64,000 bases of DNA from an uncultured Hyphomicrobiales bacterium (GCA_964388115.1 CAYLYK010000001.1:1001205-1065204); one strand, 5' to 3'; positions 27,967-37,874 are shown, numbered from the stretch's first letter. Translations and numbers: made by a program. The notes: generated by a model from the letters alone, not told the origin.

Positions 27967-29505
27967 ATGATTCGATCGAAGATGTTACGTGGCGTGGCAA
28001 TCGGTTTTGGCATCGCCGTCGCTTTGGCGTCCTCCTCCGTTCTCGCCGCTGCCATGGGCACTGATCAGGCCCGTCATCTGCTTGCCCGCACCGGTTTCCA
28101 GCCGACGCCGGAAGAAGTCGCGCTCTTCGAACGTCTCGATTATGTCGATGGCGTCGAGCGCATCCTTGGCGGCATGCGCGCCAAGGCGGCAACGCCGCTG
28201 CCCGATTGGATGGGCATGTCGCCGATCGAGTTCTTCCAGGTCAATCGCGAACAGCGTCGCGAGAATCGCGAGATGAAGGATGCGCAGGCTCTGGGCAAGC
28301 AGATGGGGCTGGACAAGGATCGCGTCCTAAAGATCGCCAGTCTGGTGAGGGAGCAGGGTGCCGAGGCCAAGGCATGGTGGTATCGAGAGATGCTGACTAC
28401 CGATTCGCCTTTCACCGAGCGCATGGTGCTGTTCTGGCACGGCCACTTCACGTCCAGCGTGCAGAAAGTCAAATACGTGCCAGCGCTGGTGCGACAGAAC
28501 GAACTGTTCCGGCGCGAAGCGGCAGGCAATTTCGGCCGGCTGCTGAAGGAGGTCGCGCGCGATCCGGCGATGCTGATGTATCTCGATGGCGCGACCAGCC
28601 GCAAGGACAGTCCCAATGAGAATTTCGCCCGCGAGCTTCTGGAGCTTTTCACCATCGGCGAAGGCCAGTATGGCGAGCGCGATATCAAGGAAGCGGCGCG
28701 GGCCTTCACCGGCTGGTCGATCGACCGGCAGACCGGGGCGCATCGCGTCTATCGCGTCATCCATGACGATGGCGACAAGACGTTTATGGGCCGCAGCGGC
28801 AATTTCGACGGCGACGACATCGTTGCAGCGGTGCTGGCCCATCCACGCACGGCCGAACGCGTGGTCGAGAAGCTGTGGTTGGAGTTCGTCTCACCCAAAC
28901 CGGAACCGACGGAAGTAAAGCGGCTAGCGGGCATTCTGCGCGGCGCCAACTACGAAATGAAGCCGCTGCTGCGCGCCATGCTGCTGTCGCCGGCTTTCCG
29001 CGACCCGGCCAATCGCGGCACGCTCTTCAAGTCGCCGGTCGAAATGACGGTGGGCACGTTGCGCCTGCTGCAGATTCCAGTCGACGACACGCAGCGGCTG
29101 GTCAGGGCCGGCAGGCTGTTGGGTCAGGACGTGTTCGATCCGCCCAACGTGAAGGGGTGGCCAGGCGGCGAAGCGTGGATTTCCTCCTATACGCTGATGC
29201 TGCGCGAGCAAGGGCTGCAGCGCATCATCCAGGCGACTCAGATTGCGGGCGGCCGGCGTGACATGGGGCGGCCGAAGAACGACATGGCGGACAAGGAACA
29301 GCTCGCCGAAACGCCGGTCGAAGGCCGGTCGATGCGCAACGTGCCCATGGTCGTGCGTCTGCCGGCAACGCTCGACGGTCTCGACCGGGCAAGGCTTGAA
29401 AAGATCATGCTGGCCCTGCCGCCGATCACGCCCGTGCCGCGCGACGCAGCACCCGGTTCGGCGATGGCGCTGATGATGCTCGATCCCGTCTACCAGCTGA
29501 AATAA
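27967..29505 (+). CDS. DUF1800 family protein
   Basis: FWHGHFTSS...NELFRREAAGNFGRLLKEVARDPAMLMYLDG...NENFARELLELFTIGEG...FTGW is the characteristic DUF1800 pattern. N-terminal signal/anchor. Confidence 0.85.
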   Translation: MIRSKMLRGVAIGFGIAVALASSSVLAAAMGTDQARHLLARTGFQPTPEEVALFERLDYVDGVERILGGMRAKAATPLPDWMGMSPIEFFQVNREQRRENREMKDAQALGKQMGLDKDRVLKIASLVREQGAEAKAWWYREMLTTDSPFTERMVLFWHGHFTSSVQKVKYVPALVRQNELFRREAAGNFGRLLKEVARDPAMLMYLDGATSRKDSPNENFARELLELFTIGEGQYGERDIKEAARAFTGWSIDRQTGAHRVYRVIHDDGDKTFMGRSGNFDGDDIVAAVLAHPRTAERVVEKLWLEFVSPKPEPTEVKRLAGILRGANYEMKPLLRAMLLSPAFRDPANRGTLFKSPVEMTVGTLRLLQIPVDDTQRLVRAGRLLGQDVFDPPNVKGWPGGEAWISSYTLMLREQGLQRIIQATQIAGGRRDMGRPKNDMADKEQLAETPVEGRSMRNVPMVVRLPATLDGLDRARLEKIMLALPPITPVPRDAAPGSAMALMMLDPVYQLK

Positions 29506-29515
29506 CGGTGCGACC

Positions 29516-30688
29516 ATGCTGAAGCGACGCGATTTCCTTTCTTTGGCCGGCGGCATGTCCGTCATGCTGGCGACGCGACCCTTGCTGGCCGCGCCTTCTG
29601 CAGCCGCGCCGAACTGGGATCGTGTGCTGGTGCTGGTGGAACTGAAAGGCGGCAATGACGGGCTCAATACGGTGGTGCCCTATGCCGATCCCGCCTATCG
29701 TCGCCTGCGACCCAATCTCGCCATCGATCGCGATCAGATCGTCCAGCTCTCTCCAGAACTGGGTCTCAATCCCGGATTGAAGCCGCTGCTGGAGTCATGG
29801 AAATCGGGCGATATGGGCGTGCTGCTCGGCCTGGGCTATCCCAATCCCAATCGCTCGCATTTCCGGTCAATCGAGATTTGGGATACGGCGTCGGCCAGCA
29901 ACCAGTATCTCAGCGAAGGCTGGATCGCCCGCGCTTTGCAGGGCAATCCGCGACCCCCGTCGTTCACTCTCGATTCGGTGGTCATCGACGACAACGTGCT
30001 ACCGGTCAGCGGCCCGGGCGTGCGCAACATCGTGCTGCGCGACGTGGAGAACTTCATCCAGCAAGCCGAGCGCATGAAGCAGGTGGCGGCCGATCGCGGC
30101 GCCAATCCGGCGATGCGGCATCTGCTGAAAGTCCAGGGCGAAATCCATCAGGCCGCCTTCACCTTGCGCGATCGCATGAAAAGCGCCCCCGCGCCGGCGG
30201 TCGAGATGCCTAACAATCCGTTTGGCAAGCAGCTTGATCTTGCCTTGCGCCTTTTGATGTCGAAGACGCCGCTGGCGGTAATCAAGGTGGGGCTGGGTGG
30301 ATTCGACACGCATGCGCGCGAGCGCGAGACGCATGACCGGCTGATGGGCGTCCTGGGCGAAGGCCTGGCGGCGTTCCGTACATCGCTGAAGAAGGCGGGG
30401 CTGTGGGATCGCGTGCTGGTGATGACCTATTCCGAGTTCGGCCGCCGGGTGGCCGAGAACGGCAGCCGCGGCACCGACCACGGCACGGCCGCGCCGCATT
30501 TCGTTATGGGCGGCAAGGTCAAAGGCGGTTTCCATGGCCGGCAGCCGCCGCTCAACGATCTCAGCGAAGGCGACGTCAAGCACAGCGTCGATTTCCGCAA
30601 CGTCTTCGCCACCGTGTCGCAGCGCTGGTGGGGGCTGGCCGGCGGCGACTTCATGGGTGGCCGCGCCCAGTTGCTGGACTTCGTCTGA
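29516..30688 (+). CDS. DUF1501 family protein (sulfatase/phosphatase-like fold), Tat signal
   Basis: MLKRRDFLSLAGG twin-arginine leader. ELKGGNDGLNT...GFDTH...GTDHG motifs. Confidence 0.85.
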   Translation: MLKRRDFLSLAGGMSVMLATRPLLAAPSAAAPNWDRVLVLVELKGGNDGLNTVVPYADPAYRRLRPNLAIDRDQIVQLSPELGLNPGLKPLLESWKSGDMGVLLGLGYPNPNRSHFRSIEIWDTASASNQYLSEGWIARALQGNPRPPSFTLDSVVIDDNVLPVSGPGVRNIVLRDVENFIQQAERMKQVAADRGANPAMRHLLKVQGEIHQAAFTLRDRMKSAPAPAVEMPNNPFGKQLDLALRLLMSKTPLAVIKVGLGGFDTHARERETHDRLMGVLGEGLAAFRTSLKKAGLWDRVLVMTYSEFGRRVAENGSRGTDHGTAAPHFVMGGKVKGGFHGRQPPLNDLSEGDVKHSVDFRNVFATVSQRWWGLAGGDFMGGRAQLLDFV

Positions 30689-30691
30689 CCG

Positions 30692-31462
30692 CTAAAGTCC
30701 GGTGATCCGCTTTACCAGCGGAAAGTAAACGCGGTACGGCAATAGCTGCAGCAGCTTCAGCAACAAAGTGAAACGCAGCGGGAAATGGATCTCGAAGCGG
30801 CTGCCTTCCAGCCCCTCGGCGATGCAGCGGGCCGCTTGCTCTGGCTCCATCAAGGCGGGCATCTTGAAATCGTTCTTGGCGGTAAGCGGCGTGCGCACGA
30901 ATCCGGGGCTTATCAGCTGCACCTTGATGCCGCGCTCGGCGAGATCCAGATGCAACGTCTCGGCCATGTTGATCAAGGCTGCCTTGCTGGCGCCATAGGC
31001 CAGCGCCTGTGGCAGCCCGCGATAGCCGGCAACGCTGGCGATAATCGCGATATGTCCTTTGCGCGCATCCAACATTGGCGGCACCAGCGCCGCCAGACAG
31101 TTCAGGACGCCTTCGATGTTGACCCGCATCGTCTGTTGCGCGGCCGGCAGGTCGAGCTCGAAAGCCCGCATCGGCGAATAGGCGGCCGCGCCCAGTACCG
31201 CCACATCGATGCCGCCCCATTCGGCCTGCAGGATGGTGGCGGCATTGCCGACGGCTGTAGCATCGGTGGTGTCGAGCGGCAGGGCGCGATGGCCCGAGCC
31301 CAGCAATCCGATCGCCAGAGTGTTGAGGGCATCGGCGGAGCGGGCCGACACCGCCAGACGAGCGCCACGGCCGGCCAGTTCCCGCGCCAGCGCCGCGCCG
31401 ATGCCTGAGGAGGCGCCGACGATCCATACTCGCTTGCCAGTCCAGAAATTCGATCCGCTCAT
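30692..31462 (-). CDS. SDR-family oxidoreductase
   Basis: WIVGASSGIGAALAREL (TGxxxGxG-like) and YGASKAA catalytic motif. Confidence 0.85.
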   Translation of the reverse strand: MSGSNFWTGKRVWIVGASSGIGAALARELAGRGARLAVSARSADALNTLAIGLLGSGHRALPLDTTDATAVGNAATILQAEWGGIDVAVLGAAAYSPMRAFELDLPAAQQTMRVNIEGVLNCLAALVPPMLDARKGHIAIIASVAGYRGLPQALAYGASKAALINMAETLHLDLAERGIKVQLISPGFVRTPLTAKNDFKMPALMEPEQAARCIAEGLEGSRFEIHFPLRFTLLLKLLQLLPYRVYFPLVKRITGL

Positions 31463-31483
31463 GCAGCAGATACGAACCAGGTG

Positions 31484-32860
31484 CTAGGTTCGTTCACTTT
31501 TCAATCGTGAAATCGGCTTGCGGTATTGCCGCCATTGCTTGCGCACCGAAGGTTTGGCCGATTCGACCCGAATTCGCCACAGCCACGCAACCGCCAGGAG
31601 TTTCACCAAAGCGGGAAGGGCCGCATAGACAGCGATCAACGCCCAGCCGGATTCGGTATGGCCCGGCTTGTAACCTAGCACATCGAGCATCGGCAGCGCG
31701 ATGCCGCCCCCGATCGCGGTGGTGATCTTGGTCGCCATGGCCCAGAGGCCAAAATACTTGCCCGACTCGCCCTGGCTGTCGCTGACTTCGTTGTGAATCA
31801 CGTCGGCAAGGATCGCAGGCGGCAGGCCATAATCTGCACCCAGTCCGAACCCGGCCAGAACGCAAACGATCAGATAGCCCGTGACGTCGCCTGCTCCCAC
31901 GAACATCGCCAAAGCGAGGCCGCCGCTGCTGAAGATTATGCCGGCAAACCAGGCGCCCGATTTACTCGTGCGCTTGGAAAGCCAGAGCCAGAACGGCACG
32001 CTGAACATGCCCGAGGCGAAATAGGCCAGAATGAACCAGACCTTGTGCTGCGGCGCCTCGACGATGTCGTCGATGAAGAATAGGACGACGGACGCTGCGA
32101 TCGCCACGGCCGAACCGTTGATGAGGTAGACCGCAAGCAAGGTGCGGAAGCGTTTGTTGCGGAACGGCGCCACGAAAACCCGGCTGATGCTGAAGGCATT
32201 CTTGGGCACAGGCGGCGTAACCGGCCGCGGCTTGAACACCCAGATCAGAATCGCCGGCACCAGTAGCAGCGGCAGGAAGGTCACCGCCAGCCGTGCATGG
32301 CCCTGTAATTCGCCGAACAGAGTGACGAAATAGGGCGGCAGGGCAGCGCCCAGCAGCAAACCCAGAATGCCGAATACTTCGCGCCAGACGGTGACTCGGG
32401 TGCGCTCGTTGTAGTCGTAACTCAGTTCGGCGCCGAGCGAGTGGTAGCTGATCGACACGCCGGAATAGCCCAGATGCACCACAATCAACGCCAGCAGCAG
32501 ATAGAGCAGCATGGCGTGACCGGTCAGATCCGGTGGCGAGAAGACGGCAAAGAAGCCGATGCCCAGAATCGGGACCGAGCCGACAGCCATCCACAACCGA
32601 CCGTTCTTGCGATGCGTCAGCCGGTCGCTGAAATAGCCGATCAGCGGATCCTGAATGGCGTCGATCAGACGGGTCAGCAGGAAAATGATGCCGATCAGCG
32701 TCAGGTTGACGCTGAAATGCTTGCCGTAGAAATGCGAGACGTTGAGAACGATGGGTAATGCCGCCATCGCCAGCGGCAATTGCAGCATCGAATAGGCCCC
32801 AAGACTCCACCCACTCAAACGCACGGGCGCGGCCGTCGGATTGTCTGACGTGGGGGTCAA
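31484..32860 (-). CDS. MFS transporter (GPH/MFS_2-like)
   Basis: 458 aa, multi-TM. RLIDAIQDPLIGYFSDR is the typical GPH loop motif. Confidence 0.8.
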   Translation of the reverse strand: MTPTSDNPTAAPVRLSGWSLGAYSMLQLPLAMAALPIVLNVSHFYGKHFSVNLTLIGIIFLLTRLIDAIQDPLIGYFSDRLTHRKNGRLWMAVGSVPILGIGFFAVFSPPDLTGHAMLLYLLLALIVVHLGYSGVSISYHSLGAELSYDYNERTRVTVWREVFGILGLLLGAALPPYFVTLFGELQGHARLAVTFLPLLLVPAILIWVFKPRPVTPPVPKNAFSISRVFVAPFRNKRFRTLLAVYLINGSAVAIAASVVLFFIDDIVEAPQHKVWFILAYFASGMFSVPFWLWLSKRTSKSGAWFAGIIFSSGGLALAMFVGAGDVTGYLIVCVLAGFGLGADYGLPPAILADVIHNEVSDSQGESGKYFGLWAMATKITTAIGGGIALPMLDVLGYKPGHTESGWALIAVYAALPALVKLLAVAWLWRIRVESAKPSVRKQWRQYRKPISRLKSERT

Positions 32861-32924
32861 AAAAAGCCTTTCTCGCAGTTGCGAAGTGCTCGCGCCTCAA
32901 ACGGCCGAAGATCGCGACGCCTGA

Positions 32925-34130
32925 TTAAGCATGAACCAGTTCGGCCTGCAAGACGTCGGTCCGTCCCGTGGAAAATCCCGCAATGCAATAGGCCAGGTAA
33001 TAGCGCCACATGCGCTGGAAGCGTTCGTCAAATCCCATGTGCCTGATCTTCTCCGAAACCCCATCGAACCGTTCGAGCCAGCCGGACAGGGTGCGCGCAT
33101 AGTCCTGGCCGAAACCATAGGCGTCGGCCAGCTTCAGCCCCGCCTGCCGCGCCTGTTCGGCCAGCTTCTGGCGCGACAGCAGCATGCCGCCGGGAAAAAT
33201 GTAGCGCTGGATGAAGTCAGTACCGCGACAATATTGCTCGAAGGCCTGATCGGCAATGGTGATGGCCTGAATTAGCGCTTTGCCGCCTGGACGCAAATGC
33301 CGCGCCACGGTTGCGAAGTAACGCGGCCAGTATTTCTCGCCCACTGCCTCGACCATTTCGATTGAGACGATGTGATCGTACGCACCCTGAATGTCGCGAT
33401 AGTCGCGGAATTCGAGCGTCGCGTTATGCGTCAGATCGCTGCGTGCCATCCGCTCGCGAGCGAAATCGAGCTGCTCGCGCGATATGGTGATCCCGTGCAC
33501 GCGCGCGCCGCGCCTTGCCGCAATTTCCGCGAAGCCACCCCAGCCGCAGCCGATTTCCAGAATGCTGTCGCCCTGGCGCACGCCAAGCCGGTCGAGAATG
33601 CGGGAATACTTGGCGTCCTGCGCCTGCTCCAAAGTGCGGTCCGGTCCGCCGTCATAGAGCCCCGAGGAGTAGGTCATGCTGTGGTCGAGCCAGAGCTTGT
33701 AGAAATCGTTGCCCAGATCGTAATGCGCGGCGATGTTGCGGGCCGAGCCGCGCTTGGAATTGCCACGCCTGGCATGGATCAGCCGCCATACCATGCGCCG
33801 CAGCCAGGTCGCCTGAAACGCCTTCTCGAGAGCGGCCTGATTGAGCGCGCCCAAAGTCAGCAGCGCGGGCAGATCGGGCGTGTCGTACCAGCCATCCATA
33901 TAGGCTTCGGCGAATGCCATGTCGCCACCGCGCACCACACGCGCAAACAGGCGCCAGTCGCGGATCTGGATTGCCGCGGCGGGCCCCGGCTGATGACCAG
34001 CGAAATTGTGAACGCTGCCGTCGGGAAGAGTGACGGCCAAGGTGCCGACTTCCAGACGCGCTACGGCAGCCAGCACGATGCGCGCTGCCAGCGGCGCCGA
34101 TTTGTCCAGCAAGGCGTGGGGCAGGTTCAT
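32925..34130 (-). CDS. cfa: Cyclopropane-fatty-acyl-phospholipid synthase
   Basis: HYDLGNDFYKLWLD...MTYSSG...ILEIGCGWGG (SAM motif)...ISREQ...FPGG. Confidence 0.9.
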   Translation of the reverse strand: MNLPHALLDKSAPLAARIVLAAVARLEVGTLAVTLPDGSVHNFAGHQPGPAAAIQIRDWRLFARVVRGGDMAFAEAYMDGWYDTPDLPALLTLGALNQAALEKAFQATWLRRMVWRLIHARRGNSKRGSARNIAAHYDLGNDFYKLWLDHSMTYSSGLYDGGPDRTLEQAQDAKYSRILDRLGVRQGDSILEIGCGWGGFAEIAARRGARVHGITISREQLDFARERMARSDLTHNATLEFRDYRDIQGAYDHIVSIEMVEAVGEKYWPRYFATVARHLRPGGKALIQAITIADQAFEQYCRGTDFIQRYIFPGGMLLSRQKLAEQARQAGLKLADAYGFGQDYARTLSGWLERFDGVSEKIRHMGFDERFQRMWRYYLAYCIAGFSTGRTDVLQAELVHA

Positions 34131-34942
34131 CGCGTCAGATCATGCGCCGGCGGCGCGGGCTTGCGGAAGAAGCGCGCCTTCTTCAGGAGCAGCCTGGCAG
34201 CCTGGTAGTGAATGCGGCCGACCACCATCAAGGTCATCAAGGGATGGCGCAGTACGGCGCCCAGCGCCGACGCCGTCGTCAAATCGCGCCGAGTGCCTTC
34301 GACATAGGTCAGCAGCATGGGCCCCTCCGCGTCATGATAATGGATATCGGCACGCACGCCGGCCTCGTCAAGGCGGAAGCGGAAGCGGTAGAAGCCCTCC
34401 ACCGGCAGGAACGGCGAGACGTGGAAAACCTTGTGCGCCTGCAGCCAGTCGCTGGGCCGGATCGGTCGCCTGTCGGCGTGGGCCACCAGATAGAGGTGCC
34501 GCTCGCCGAACGTGTTGTTGACCTCGCACAGCACGGCACGCAACGCGCCGGCGCGGTCATGGCAGAACCACAGGCTGATCGGATTGAAGGCGTAGCCCAG
34601 CAGGCGCGGATGGCAGTGCAGCACGATATCGCCGTCGACCGTTTCAAGTCCATTGTCCTTCAACAGCCCGCGAATCCAGCCATCGAGGTCGGAGCCTGTG
34701 CGCGGGCCGTGATCCTTGCGGTGGAAGCTCAACAGGTTGAAGCGATCGAGCGAGAAGAACGGCCGGTGCAACCGGTCAATTTCCGCCACATTGAAGCAAA
34801 CGTAGAATACGCTGTAGCGGAAGGCGTTCGCCTTCGGCCGCAGCCGCTTGTGGAAAACGGTGGCAAGACTGAGCCCGCCGGCAATGGCAGGCGTCTGCCG
34901 CTCGGCAACGGCGTCAGCAGGCGAAGGCAAAGTAAGCGTCAT
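34127..34942 (-). CDS. DUF1365 family protein
   Basis: HKRLRPKANAFRYSVFYV...FSLDRFNLLSFHRKDHG pattern. ATGA overlaps on both sides. Confidence 0.8.
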   Translation of the reverse strand: MTLTLPSPADAVAERQTPAIAGGLSLATVFHKRLRPKANAFRYSVFYVCFNVAEIDRLHRPFFSLDRFNLLSFHRKDHGPRTGSDLDGWIRGLLKDNGLETVDGDIVLHCHPRLLGYAFNPISLWFCHDRAGALRAVLCEVNNTFGERHLYLVAHADRRPIRPSDWLQAHKVFHVSPFLPVEGFYRFRFRLDEAGVRADIHYHDAEGPMLLTYVEGTRRDLTTASALGAVLRHPLMTLMVVGRIHYQAARLLLKKARFFRKPAPPAHDLTR

Positions 34943-36312
34943 ATGTCTTCCGCGCGGCCCCGCACCGGGCCATGGCCGGGCAGCGCGCCGCCTCCGGCCA
35001 GGCCGGGCAAAGTGTCGATCACGGGCCGCTTGGGCGCAAGTCCCGCCACGGTCCCGTTCCAGGGACGCGGCACGCCCAGCGAGTGGGCGACATCCAGGCC
35101 CGACGCCAGCGCGCCCTCGTGGAAGCCGAAGCCGAAATAGCTGCCGCAGAACCAGGTGCGCTTCTTGCCCTGGAGCTGGGCCAGCAAGGGTTGAGCAGCG
35201 AAGGCGCCGTGATCATAGAGCGGATGGCTGTAGTCGAACTCCGCCAGAACGCTCTCAGGTGCCGGTTGTCGGGTAGGGTTGTTGGTAACGAAGAGCGGGC
35301 AGGCGGGATCGATGTTCTGCAGTCGGTTCATCCAGTATGTCACCGCGACAGGCCCGTGGCGACTTGGCTTGTCGGCGACGTAGTTCCAACTAGACCAGAC
35401 CGCGCGTCGCTTCGGCATCAACAGCCGATCGGTATGCAGGATCGTCCGGTTGGGTGCATAGCGAAAAGCGGACAGATGCCGACGTTCGGCTTCGGTTGCA
35501 TCGCTGCCCAACAGTGCCAGGGCCTCGTCAGCATGACAGGCGAGCACGATCTGATCGAATCGATCCCAGTGTCCCGAAGCATCGCGCACCATGACATGGT
35601 CGAGGTGCCGCTCGACGGCCACGGCGGCATGCGCCGTACGAGCGTTTGCGGCCACGGGTCGAGCGAGCTTGTCGACATATTGCCGGCTGCCGCCGCTGAC
35701 CGTGCGCCATGCTTGCTGGCGCCAGATATTGAATAGCCGGTGTTCGGCGAAGAATTGGGCAAAATGCAGCAACGGGAATTGCCTCATGTCCTCCAGCGAG
35801 CACGACCAGATGCAGGCGCAAAGCGGCAGGATGAAGCGGTCGACGAAATAGGCGCCAAAACGCTGGCGGTCGAGCCAGTCGCCCAAGGTCAGATTGGCCA
35901 GCGCGGCATCGCTTCCCAGGCGCCGGCCCAGTCGATTGAAGCGCAGCAGGTCGGCGATCATGCGGTGGAAGCGCCGGTCCATGATGTTCGATGGCTGACC
36001 GAGGATGGCGAGGTCGCCGCTGCCGAATTCGAAACCGCCATCGAACAGGCTGACGGCGAAAGACATGTCGGAGGCTTCGGTCTTGACGCCGAGATGGGCA
36101 AATAACGCCGTGAGGTCGGGATAGTTGGGCTCGTTATAGACGATAAAGCCCGTATCGACGGCAATCTCGCGGCCATAGGCTTTGGCGATCACCGTATTGG
36201 AATGACCGCCCAACCGAGCGTTCTTCTCGTAGATCGCAATCTCATGCCGTTTGCCGAGCAACCAGGCCGCGCCCAGCCCGGCAACGCCCGCGCCTATCAC
36301 CGCGATTTTCAT
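34939..36312 (-). CDS. NAD(P)/FAD-dependent oxidoreductase (amine-oxidase-like)
   Basis: MKIAVIGAGVAGLGAAWLL dinucleotide-binding motif. 457 aa. Confidence 0.85.
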   Translation of the reverse strand: MKIAVIGAGVAGLGAAWLLGKRHEIAIYEKNARLGGHSNTVIAKAYGREIAVDTGFIVYNEPNYPDLTALFAHLGVKTEASDMSFAVSLFDGGFEFGSGDLAILGQPSNIMDRRFHRMIADLLRFNRLGRRLGSDAALANLTLGDWLDRQRFGAYFVDRFILPLCACIWSCSLEDMRQFPLLHFAQFFAEHRLFNIWRQQAWRTVSGGSRQYVDKLARPVAANARTAHAAVAVERHLDHVMVRDASGHWDRFDQIVLACHADEALALLGSDATEAERRHLSAFRYAPNRTILHTDRLLMPKRRAVWSSWNYVADKPSRHGPVAVTYWMNRLQNIDPACPLFVTNNPTRQPAPESVLAEFDYSHPLYDHGAFAAQPLLAQLQGKKRTWFCGSYFGFGFHEGALASGLDVAHSLGVPRPWNGTVAGLAPKRPVIDTLPGLAGGGALPGHGPVRGRAEDI

Positions 36313-37760
36313 GCAGACAGCTCTTTCAGCGAAGCGAGCGCGCGCAATGCGCGCTGGCGGGCGTGATCGTGCTCGATCACGGGATGGGGGTAGGTTTTGC
36401 CCAAGGTAACGCCGGCATCGGCCAGTTCGAGCGGGCTGGCATCCCAGGGGTGATGGATAACGGCATCCGGCAGTTTAGCCAGTTCGGGCACGTAGCGGCG
36501 CACATAGGCGCCGTCGCCATCGAACTTGTCGCCCTGCAGGATTGGATTGAAGATGCGATAGAAGGGGGCGGCATCGGCGCCGCTGCCGGCCACCCACTGC
36601 CAGCTTGCCGCGTTGTTGGCGAGGTCGGCGTCGACCAGCGTGTCCCAGAACCATTTCTCGCCATGGCGCCAGTCGAGCAGCATATGCTTGATCAGGAACG
36701 ACGCCACCACCATGCGTACGCGATTGTGCATCCAGCCGGTTTGCCATAACTCGCGCATGCCGGCATCGACGATCGGGTAGCCGGTCATGCCGCGCTGCCA
36801 GGCTTTGAGATTGGCGGCGTTGCGCAGCCAGGGAAAGCGGTCGAACTCGGGCCGCAGATTGCGTTCAGGCATCGTCGGGTTGTGGAACAGGAGCGAATGG
36901 CTGAATTCGCGCCAGCCGAGTTCCGACAGGAACTTCTCGCCCGATTTTGCCAGCGCGCCGGAGCGCTTGTCGCTCAGCGCAAAGCGTACGGATTGGAAGA
37001 TCTGACGCGGGCCGATCTCGCCGAAATGCAAATGCGGCGACAGGCGCGACGTCGCATGCAGGCCGGGAATGTCGCGGCCACCCGAGTAGTCGAGCATGAT
37101 GTCGTCGATGAAATCCGCCAACCGCGCTTGCGCGCCCGTTTCACCCGGCGTCCATGCCTGGCGCAGGCCACTTGCCCAATCGGGTTCGTGCGGCAGCAGC
37201 TTCCAGTCGGCCAGTTTGTCAGAATGCGGCCATTCGGTCGGAGCGTCGACCGTTTTTGGGGCTTTGATCGGCGTCGGCGGATCGCCCATGGCGCGGCAGG
37301 CGCGCCAGAACGGCGAGAACACTTTGAACGGCTGGCCGGCCTTGTTGACGACCTCGTGCGGTTCGAACAGCAGCGCCGCGTTATGGCTGCTGGCCCTCAG
37401 ATCGCGCGATTTCAGAGCGGTCTTGATACTCTGATCGCGCTCGACCGCGAAGGGCTCATAGCAGCGATTCCAGAAGACGCCCGACGCGCCGGTTTCGTCG
37501 ATCAATCGATCGATCTGGTCTCCGGACCTGCCGCGACGGAGAATCAGGCGGCTGCCGATTTTGCGCAGCGCCGTGTCCAGCGCCGTCAGGGAATGATGCA
37601 ACCACCACCGGCTGGCTCCACCCATGGCCCAGCGCCCCGGAGTTTCATCGTCGAGGATATAGACGGGAATTACGGGGCCGGCCTTTGCCGCCGCCACCAG
37701 GGCGGGGTTGTCGGAGAGACGAAGGTCCTGGCGGAACCAGAGCAGTTGGGGGGGAGCCAT
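36309..37760 (-). CDS. phr: Deoxyribodipyrimidine (CPD) photolyase
   Basis: LLWFRQDLRLSDNPAL...WREF...TGYPIVDAGMRELWQTGWMHNRVRMVVASFL...WQWVAG. Confidence 0.92.
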   Translation of the reverse strand: MAPPQLLWFRQDLRLSDNPALVAAAKAGPVIPVYILDDETPGRWAMGGASRWWLHHSLTALDTALRKIGSRLILRRGRSGDQIDRLIDETGASGVFWNRCYEPFAVERDQSIKTALKSRDLRASSHNAALLFEPHEVVNKAGQPFKVFSPFWRACRAMGDPPTPIKAPKTVDAPTEWPHSDKLADWKLLPHEPDWASGLRQAWTPGETGAQARLADFIDDIMLDYSGGRDIPGLHATSRLSPHLHFGEIGPRQIFQSVRFALSDKRSGALAKSGEKFLSELGWREFSHSLLFHNPTMPERNLRPEFDRFPWLRNAANLKAWQRGMTGYPIVDAGMRELWQTGWMHNRVRMVVASFLIKHMLLDWRHGEKWFWDTLVDADLANNAASWQWVAGSGADAAPFYRIFNPILQGDKFDGDGAYVRRYVPELAKLPDAVIHHPWDASPLELADAGVTLGKTYPHPVIEHDHARQRALRALASLKELSA

Positions 37761-37810
37761 GTTTCGGCCAGGACCACGTTACCACGTCTCGGGGAGGAGA
37801 CATTCTAATC

Positions 37811-37836
37811 TACGCGCGGCGGAGCTTCGCGGATCA
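37811..37836 (-). promoter_or_regulatory. Candidate ECF11 (RpoE-ChrR-type) promoter TGATCC-N16-CGTA upstream of phr
   Basis: The minus strand reads TGATCC gcgaagctccgccgcg CGTA. The -10 element lies about 50 nt upstream of the phr ATG. It matches my recollection of the sigma-E/ChrR regulon consensus. Confidence 0.5.
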
Positions 37837-37874
37837 CTGCCCTCAAGCAGTTGATCAATTTGGGGAAAAAGGTG

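Noticed and set aside
37851-37858. TTGATCAA palindrome as an FNR/FixK half-site or second sigma-E -35 element
   Set aside because: It lacks the N4 spacer of an anaerobox and has no CGTA at the correct distance. It lies at the 3' end region of the DUF1849-like gene.
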